Of a stretch of DNA of 64,000 bases, positions 57,870 through 64,000 are shown one piece after another. Source of the stretch: Acidobacteriota bacterium (GTDB taxonomy: Bacteria > Acidobacteriota > UBA6911 > RPQK01 > JAJDTT01). Position 1 is the first letter of the stretch; each line of letters begins with the position of its first letter. The position numbers and the translations under genes are program-made. A model generated the notes under the pieces. That model was given only the letters and a program-made list of their open reading frames with translations. It searched no databases and had not been told where the DNA came from. The DNA lies in NCBI GenBank assembly GCA_963668095.1, contig OY764083.1:1201085-1265084 (forward strand), written 5' to 3'.

Positions 57870-59618
57870 TCATGCCGCCGTGTCCGCGTCCACACGGACC
57901 GTGACCACGTCAGTTTCGTGATACTGGCGATGGCTCACGGACGTGGCGAAGTGGCGCAGCAGCCGGAGGGAGACCTCGCGATCGCTCGACTGATCCGCCC
58001 ACTGCCCCAACAGCGCCAAGCGATCCTCAAGGTTACCCTCCCCCGCAACGGCGATAAACTCCAACTCCGCTTTCCGGCCATCTCCTCCCAACGACAAAAC
58101 CAGGTTCCACGCAGCTTCCGGTTCCAAACTGGTCTCCTCCGGAACCAGGCTCAATATGGCTTCCTCCGTCGCTGCCCGAAGCCGTTCCGTCGAAGTCGCG
58201 TTCCATCGCTTGTTCTTGGCGAATCGCCGAACGAACTCGTCGATCTCCGGCAATGACTCTACGCCCAGTTTCGTCTTGATCTTCCGCCGCCGCGGCTTGG
58301 ACAGTTCCAGTCCGACCGCCATCACGATCGCGGCCAGTCCACCGGCTGCGATCCCGTTTTCCAGGATCGACGCCACCGCGTCTCCGAGGTGTTCCGAGAA
58401 GATCTGCCGGTTCTGGAAACCGACCCCCAACCAGAATGCGACGCCGACCACGATGCTCTTCCGGCTGTCCAGACCGTCCCGGACCACGATCCGCGTTCCC
58501 ACCACGAACAGGAGCGAGATGAGCACGACGATGTAGCCCGCAACCACCGGATTGGGAATCGCAAGGATCACCGCCGTCGCTTTGGGGAAGAAGGAGAAGA
58601 CGATGATCAAAATCCCGACGCAGACCCCCACGTTGCGGGCGGCCACACCCGTGAGCGCGGCCACCGAGATGCTGGAGGAATAGGTCGTATTGGGCAACGT
58701 TCCCACGAGGCCGGAGAGAAGGTTGGCCAGGCCGCTTGCCCCGATGGTGCCCTGCACCGATCGAAAATCGGTGGCCCGCGGCTGCCGCCAGGAAACCTGC
58801 TGGATGCTGATGGAACCGCCGATGGTCCGCACGGTATCGATGGCCACTACCAGCACGAAAACCGGCAGCAACACCCAGAAGGACGAGCCGAACGTCAGAT
58901 CGAATCCGGGCCAGCCGATTTCGGGCAGCCCGAACCAAGGGGCGGCGGCGACTCGGGCGGTGTCGTAGATCCCGTAGAACCCGGCTACAGCGCAACCCGC
59001 GAGCACGCCCAGAACCGGACCCCAGAGCCGCCAGGCGCCCGTCGCGAAGAGCGCAAGGCCCGCCATGGAGACGAGCGTCACGCCGAAACTGGCCGGGGCG
59101 GCGGCCGGCGAGGCGCCTTCCGCCGGCCTCGCCAACAGGTTGAAGGCGATGGGCATGATGGTGACCGCCACCAGCATGATGACCGTCCCCGCCACCAACG
59201 GCGTGACCACCCGGCGCAGCAGCACGAGACGCGAGCCCAGCAGGAACTGAAACAGGGACGAGACCACGATCAAGGTGGCCAACAGAGCAGGCCCCCCCTC
59301 CGTCAACGCCGTAATCGACACGGCGACGAAGGTGCCGGAGGTCCCCATCAGGAGAATGTAGCCGGCTCCCATGGTCCCGATTCGAATCGACTGGAGGATG
59401 GTGATCAATCCGCAGACGCAGAGTCCGGCGAACACGGCCCAGGAGAGGTAGATCTCGCCGGCGCCCGCAGCCTCGATGATGATCTTCGGAATCAGCACGA
59501 TTCCGCTGATATTCAGCATCACGAGCTGTAGGCCGAGTCCCAGGGAAAGCAGGTGCGGAGGCTTCTCGGGAGGTTCGTAGCGAACGCCCCTCCGAGGAGG
59601 CGATCCGGAGCGTTTCAT
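57870..59618 (-). CDS. NCS2 family transporter paralog (tandem duplicate) with the same C-terminal domain
   Basis: Collinear with the downstream paralog over the full length: same TM motifs and C-terminal domain (…VVTVRVDADTAA). Separated by a 92-nt spacer. Confidence 0.65.
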   Translation of the reverse strand: MKRSGSPPRRGVRYEPPEKPPHLLSLGLGLQLVMLNISGIVLIPKIIIEAAGAGEIYLSWAVFAGLCVCGLITILQSIRIGTMGAGYILLMGTSGTFVAVSITALTEGGPALLATLIVVSSLFQFLLGSRLVLLRRVVTPLVAGTVIMLVAVTIMPIAFNLLARPAEGASPAAAPASFGVTLVSMAGLALFATGAWRLWGPVLGVLAGCAVAGFYGIYDTARVAAAPWFGLPEIGWPGFDLTFGSSFWVLLPVFVLVVAIDTVRTIGGSISIQQVSWRQPRATDFRSVQGTIGASGLANLLSGLVGTLPNTTYSSSISVAALTGVAARNVGVCVGILIIVFSFFPKATAVILAIPNPVVAGYIVVLISLLFVVGTRIVVRDGLDSRKSIVVGVAFWLGVGFQNRQIFSEHLGDAVASILENGIAAGGLAAIVMAVGLELSKPRRRKIKTKLGVESLPEIDEFVRRFAKNKRWNATSTERLRAATEEAILSLVPEETSLEPEAAWNLVLSLGGDGRKAELEFIAVAGEGNLEDRLALLGQWADQSSDREVSLRLLRHFATSVSHRQYHETDVVTVRVDADTAA

Positions 59619-59820
59619 CTGGCGGTTCTTATACCCCAGGCAGGTCAGAGCCGCCAGCCTGTTTCCAGAAAACGCGCGAACTTCGAATAGTCTCGCCTGA
59701 TCGACCGCAAACTCTTCGTGTTAGCGGTGGCACTCCCTGACGTTCAATGCCACAAGCCGCAATTCCACGCTGGTCGAGTCCCGGTGCGGCTTGGGCCACG
59801 CACCGGCGGAACCGATTTCC

Positions 59821-61011
59821 TCAAGGAGCCGTTGTCGAAACCATTCCGGAAATCGAATCGGAACTGGCCCGAACCCACTCCCCGCCCCAAAGCCGGTCCA
59901 GAAAGTCGAACCAGGGGAGGATCGAAATCCCGTCCACGACCCTGGGAGCCGGTTCCATCGCTACCAGGAGGTAGTGTGTGAACAGGTTCTCTTCTCTCAG
60001 CGCACGCAGTCCCCGCAGGTCTCGTGCGCTCACATTCTTCTTCGCCTTCGTCTCGACCGCGAGATCCTCGAAAACGAAATCCACCTCGAATTGCGATTTC
60101 GAACGCCAGTAGCGGGGCGAATCGAGCCGATGATAGTCACAGAATGCCTTGATCTCCTGGAAGATATAGCTTTCGAACGCACTGCCGTACTCAGCCGTAC
60201 CCGGCGCCAAACCCCGCCGCCCCTGCAAGTGACGGGCGAGCCCGATATCGAACAGGTAGTACTTCGAGGTGGAAATCGCCTTGCGTTTCCGGCTCTCCGT
60301 CAACGCCGGAACCTCATGGGCAATGAACGTGTCCTTCAGGATCTCATAGTACTCCCGCACGGTGGATCTGGGCACCTGAGAATCGTTTGCCACGGCCGAG
60401 AAATTAATCATCTCTCCATGTGCATGTCCCGCAGTTTCGAGAAATCGGCTGAAGGCGCCGATGTTCCTGACGATCGCCTCCGCCGCGACTTCCTCCCTCA
60501 GATAGTCGCCCGCATAAGCGGCCAGGTCCTCGGCGGGAGAATCGGAAAAATAGACCGGCGGCAGCAGACCATACTCCAGCGTCCGGTCCAGATCGAACCG
60601 CTCACCGAGTTCGATTCGGACGAACGGATGTAAAGCGCGCGACCGGGCGCGGCCGCCCAACAGATTGACCCCCTTTCGGCGCAGACTCCGGGCACTGGAT
60701 CCGGTGAGGAGGAACCGAACACCGGATTCCTGGATCATGAGCTGCACCTCGTTGAGCAACTGGGGCATCTTCTGGATCTCGTCGATGACGACGATGGACG
60801 AGTCCTCAGCGAGCTCCTGCCGGATCAACGCGGGATTGCGGGAGAGACGGACGAACAGAATCTGGTCGAGTAGGTTGTAGGTGGGATAGCCGGCGAACTG
60901 CTGATGAATCAGCGTGGTCTTGCCGGTCTGGCGTGGACCGAACAGAAAGCACGAGCGGTGCAGCAGAATATCCTTCAAGTTCAGGTAACGAGGAATCAGG
61001 GGATGGGTCAT
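59821..61011 (-). CDS. AAA+ ATPase of the AAA_14/DUF4143 family
   Basis: Walker A GPRQTGKTT, Walker B VVIDEIQK, and a C-terminal DUF4143-like region. Start taken at MTHPLIPRY (61011). The 21 codons upstream in the ORF lie in AT-rich repeat DNA and are probably not coding. Confidence 0.75.
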   Translation of the reverse strand: MTHPLIPRYLNLKDILLHRSCFLFGPRQTGKTTLIHQQFAGYPTYNLLDQILFVRLSRNPALIRQELAEDSSIVVIDEIQKMPQLLNEVQLMIQESGVRFLLTGSSARSLRRKGVNLLGGRARSRALHPFVRIELGERFDLDRTLEYGLLPPVYFSDSPAEDLAAYAGDYLREEVAAEAIVRNIGAFSRFLETAGHAHGEMINFSAVANDSQVPRSTVREYYEILKDTFIAHEVPALTESRKRKAISTSKYYLFDIGLARHLQGRRGLAPGTAEYGSAFESYIFQEIKAFCDYHRLDSPRYWRSKSQFEVDFVFEDLAVETKAKKNVSARDLRGLRALREENLFTHYLLVAMEPAPRVVDGISILPWFDFLDRLWGGEWVRASSDSISGMVSTTAP

Positions 61012-61014
61012 ATT

Positions 61015-61085
61015 TTCCGGACAATTGACAATTATTTCGCCAATTATCATGACAATTAACGGTAGATACGTCAATTGTCACAATT
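61015..61085. promoter_or_regulatory. AT-rich leader with six (A/C/T)CAATT(G/A/T) motifs including palindromic CAATTG cores
   Basis: gACAATTGACAATTatttcgCCAATTatcatgACAATTaacggtagatacgTCAATTGTCACAATTttc, immediately upstream of the DUF4143 ATPase start, in a divergent intergenic region. Confidence 0.4.
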
Positions 61086-61203
61086 TTCTCGGCCCACGAC
61101 AGGAGACCAGAACGCTGACTCCATACTGCCGGAACGCAGTAAACAATAAGTCTTGGCTTGTGTTTTCTTGACTTCCCTCTCTGCCCGCTGCTATGAGGAA
61201 CGG

Positions 61204-63090
61204 ATGTTGACGGCACGATATCTTCCCACTTTCCAGCTTGGCCTTTTCGTCATCCTGACGGCTCCTGGAATCCTCTCCGCCCAGGATCGGGAGTGGGTCT
61301 CCTACGGTGGGGACCGGGGCGGGATGCAGTATTCCTCCCTGGATCAGATCAACCGCGACAACGTAACCCGCCTGAAGGAAGCCTGGATCTACGACACGGG
61401 TGATTTCAGCGACGGATCCGAATTGCCCACCTTCTCCTCCTTCCAGACCACGCCCTTGATGATCGACGGCGTCCTCTACGTCTCCACCGTCTTTCATCGC
61501 CTCCTGGCCCTCGATCCCGACACCGGAGAGAAGCTCTGGGAGTTCGATCCCAAGTTCGACCGCAACGAGCGGGTGAACATGTACAAGAGCCGCGGCGTCT
61601 CCTACTGGACCGACGGGAAGGCGAAGCGGATCTTTCTCGGGGACCAGTTGGGGCGCCTCTTCTCCATCGACGCCACCACCGGGAAAGCCGATCCGGCCTT
61701 CGGCACCGCAGGAATGGTGGACCTGAAAGATGGGATGATGGGCGATTACGGCCATCTCCGGTTCGGACTGGGCTCACCGGTGGCCCCCTGCGGCAACGTG
61801 GTGGTGGCCGGAAGCTGGGTCACCGACGGCGAACCCCAGGGACCGAGCGGCGACATCCAGGCCGTCGACGCCCGCACCGGGCGCCGGGTGTGGCGTTTTC
61901 ACACCGTTCCCCGTCCGGGAGAATTCGGCCACGACACCTGGGAGGGAGACTCGTGGAAGGACCGTTCGGGGGTCAACGCCTGGTCCAATCTGAGCGTGGA
62001 CGAAGAACGGCAGATGGTCTTCATCCCCCTTACCTCCCCCGGAACCGATTTCTACGGAGGGGACCGCAGAGGGGACAACCTCTTCAGCGACGCCATCGTG
62101 GCCCTGGACTGCCGCACCGGAAAACGCGTCTGGCATTTCCAGACCATCCACCACGACCTCTGGGACTGGGACCTCCCCTCACAACCTTCACTGGTTACTG
62201 TGCGCCGCGACGGCAAGGCGGTTCCGGCCGTGGCCCAGACCACCAAGACCGGATTCGTCTTCCTGCTCCACCGGGAGACGGGAAAGCCGCTCTTTGAAGT
62301 CGAAGAACGGCCGGTGCCCCAAGGGGACATTCCCGGCGAGTACTACTCCCCGACCCAGCCCGTCCCGGTCAAGCCGCCGCCCTTCGTCCGGCAGTCCATG
62401 ACCCGGGACGAGATCACCGACGTCACTCCCGAGTCCCGCGCCGAGTGCCTGGAGATGGTCAAGGACGCCTACGTGGAGGGCCCCCTCTTCCGGCCCATCG
62501 GCCGCAAGCTGACCGTCATGTTCCCGGGGACCAACGGCGGCTCCAACTGGGGCGGGGCGGCGTTCGACCCCGAGTCCCACGTCCTCTACATCAACTCCAT
62601 GGACGTGGGCGCCTTCGTCCGGATGGTCGAGCGGCCCGAGGGATCAAAGGTCCCCTTCCGGGCCCGGGGCACCAAATACGGGCGCTTCTGGGATTCCAAC
62701 CAGTACCCCTGCCAGAAGCCTCCGTGGGGTTCGTTGACCGCCATCGACCTGAACACGGGCGAGTTCCGCTGGCAGTCCATCCTGGGCGAGTTCGACGAGC
62801 TGACGCGGCGGGGCGTCCCCAAGACCGGGACCCCCAGCCTGGGCGGCCCCATCGTGACGGCCGGCGGACTGGTCTTTATCGCCGCCACCAACGACAGCCG
62901 CATCCGCGCCTTCGACAAGACATCGGGAGAGGAAGTCTGGGTCCGGCGGCTGCCAGCCAGCGGCCACGCCACTCCCATGAGCTATCTGGGACCCAAGACC
63001 GGCAAGCAGTTCGTGGTCATCGCGGCGGGCGGGGGAAACAAGTACAACAAGGTCTTCGGCGGCAAGCTCGTGGCGTTCGCGCTTCCGTGA
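61204..63090 (+). CDS. PQQ-dependent dehydrogenase (quinoprotein, glucose/alcohol dehydrogenase family)
   Basis: Signal peptide. DREWVSYGGDRGGMQYSSLDQINRDNVTRLKEAWIY and repeated W-containing propeller blades, ~630 aa. GAGGAA RBS before the ATG at 61204. Confidence 0.8.
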   Translation: MLTARYLPTFQLGLFVILTAPGILSAQDREWVSYGGDRGGMQYSSLDQINRDNVTRLKEAWIYDTGDFSDGSELPTFSSFQTTPLMIDGVLYVSTVFHRLLALDPDTGEKLWEFDPKFDRNERVNMYKSRGVSYWTDGKAKRIFLGDQLGRLFSIDATTGKADPAFGTAGMVDLKDGMMGDYGHLRFGLGSPVAPCGNVVVAGSWVTDGEPQGPSGDIQAVDARTGRRVWRFHTVPRPGEFGHDTWEGDSWKDRSGVNAWSNLSVDEERQMVFIPLTSPGTDFYGGDRRGDNLFSDAIVALDCRTGKRVWHFQTIHHDLWDWDLPSQPSLVTVRRDGKAVPAVAQTTKTGFVFLLHRETGKPLFEVEERPVPQGDIPGEYYSPTQPVPVKPPPFVRQSMTRDEITDVTPESRAECLEMVKDAYVEGPLFRPIGRKLTVMFPGTNGGSNWGGAAFDPESHVLYINSMDVGAFVRMVERPEGSKVPFRARGTKYGRFWDSNQYPCQKPPWGSLTAIDLNTGEFRWQSILGEFDELTRRGVPKTGTPSLGGPIVTAGGLVFIAATNDSRIRAFDKTSGEEVWVRRLPASGHATPMSYLGPKTGKQFVVIAAGGGNKYNKVFGGKLVAFALP

Positions 63091-63206
63091 TTGGGGATTC
63101 GGGGCTTTGACGAAGTCCCATCGCGTTCTCTGGATCCCACGATCCGGAGTTCCAATACGGCAGGCGAGTGGGACAAAAGAGTCGGCGCCTGAAAGACGCC
63201 GCTCCG

Positions 63207-64000
63207 TCACGCCGAGATTGTTGCGCGCGCGACCGTGCACTCCTCCAGCATCTCCGGGTCGGGCTCGGTTCCGTGGCCCGGCTCCTCCGAGAGGCTCATG
63301 ACGGGTTCGCCGGAAGGCCCCTCATCCAGGAACACCTCGGGCCTCGCCAGATCCTTCCGGTAGAACCGGCTGGTGGGGAAGAGGTCGGCCGGATAGGTGA
63401 AGTTCTCCAATGTGGCCAGGGACAGGTTGATCCGGGCGCCCACAGCGCTCTCCAACATGGACCCGATCCAACAGGGGATCCCGTTGTCACGGCACCGGTC
63501 GTGGATCCGGAGGGACGGTGTCAGTCCTCCGACCCGGCAGGGCTTGATGTTGACGATTTGGCAACTCCCCATCTCTATGGCCTTCCGGGCCTTGTCGGGG
63601 GAGGTCACGCTCTCATCCAGGCAGACGGGCGTTCGAATTTCCTCTTGGAGCCGGGCGTGGTCCGCCAGGTCATTGTACTGCAGCGGCTGCTCGATCATGG
63701 CCAGGCCCAGCTCGTCGATTTCCCGGAACATCTCCAGGTCGGACAGCCGGTAGCCGCTGTTGCAGTCGATGTGGAAGGTGTGATCGGGAAAGTTCTTCCG
63801 GACTTCCTTCAGGACGGGCAGATCCCATCCCGGGCCGTACTTGAGCTTGGTCCGCTTGAAACCCGCCTCCACGCCCCGGCCGACGGCCTCCAGCAGATCG
63901 TCCACCGAGTCCATGATTCCGAAATCGGCTCCCACGTCGACCTGGGACCTCCGCCCCCCCAGAAGCCGGTAGAGAGGAATCTCCTGGCGCATGGCTTCCA
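63207..64000 (-). CDS. enolase superfamily, MenC-like (o-succinylbenzoate synthase / N-acylamino-acid racemase / dipeptide epimerase family), 5' partial
   Basis: C-terminal TIM-barrel part with metal/catalytic motifs (…KLKYGPGWDL…IMIEQP…VCLDESV…NIKPCRVGG…). The ORF runs past the window end, so the N-terminus is missing. Confidence 0.7.
   Translation of the reverse strand, partial: EAMRQEIPLYRLLGGRRSQVDVGADFGIMDSVDDLLEAVGRGVEAGFKRTKLKYGPGWDLPVLKEVRKNFPDHTFHIDCNSGYRLSDLEMFREIDELGLAMIEQPLQYNDLADHARLQEEIRTPVCLDESVTSPDKARKAIEMGSCQIVNIKPCRVGGLTPSLRIHDRCRDNGIPCWIGSMLESAVGARINLSLATLENFTYPADLFPTSRFYRKDLARPEVFLDEGPSGEPVMSLSEEPGHGTEPDPEMLEECTVARATISA

Overview
High-GC (~65%) bacterial chromosomal window, about 90% coding, with no rRNA, tRNA or CRISPR seen. 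Gene content points to Acidobacteria or a PVC-type organism: a DUF1501/DUF1553-DUF1549 pair, a PSCyt1 cytochrome-c WD40 protein, a CarboxypepD_reg-type TonB-dependent receptor, a CRTAC1 (ASPIC/UnbV) protein, a GWxTD protein and many Sec/TAT-secreted proteins.

Gene order along the window:
- 1-2.7 kb: M20 peptidase (5' partial) and a BCCT transporter.
- 2.8-10.9 kb, minus strand: operon PSCyt1-WD40 > PPC-domain giant protein > PSD1 (DUF1553/DUF1549) > DUF1501.
- 11-17.2 kb, minus strand: operon enolase-superfamily sugar-acid dehydratase > BNR sialidase-like > tandem GNAT > M16 zinc peptidase.
- 17.25-18.0 kb: AT-rich intergenic island carrying a sigma70-like promoter and a palindrome.
- 18.0-43.9 kb: glycan-degradation-like locus. 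It holds a 1188-aa TonB-dependent receptor-like protein, four paralogous secreted Asp-box beta-propeller proteins, a 929-aa relative of them, a separate 353-aa Asp-box beta-propeller protein, a CehA/McbA-like metallohydrolase, a ceramidase-N + LamG fusion, a TPR + CRTAC1 pair, a GWxTD protein and a MOSC protein.
- 44.1-48.5 kb, plus strand: MFS transporter > Asp/Glu/hydantoin-racemase-like > M24 peptidase/creatinase-like > phosphotriesterase-like hydrolase.
- 48.5-49.0 kb: tandem duplication of ~250 bp x2 covering a terminator and the 3' end of a secreted 14-ankyrin-repeat gene (48.9-50.5 kb).
- 50.7-54.4 kb, minus strand: FbpABC-type Fe(III) ABC importer.
- 54.6-55.85 kb: RES-Xre toxin-antitoxin pair with a direct-repeat operator.
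- 56.0-59.6 kb: two tandem NCS2 permease paralogs, each with an extra C-terminal domain.
- 59.8-64.0 kb: DUF4143 AAA ATPase with an AT-rich CAATTG-repeat leader, a PQQ-dependent dehydrogenase, and a 5'-partial MenC-like enolase-superfamily gene at the window end.

The six-frame track contains many long antisense ORFs. These are artefacts of the high GC content and were not called.
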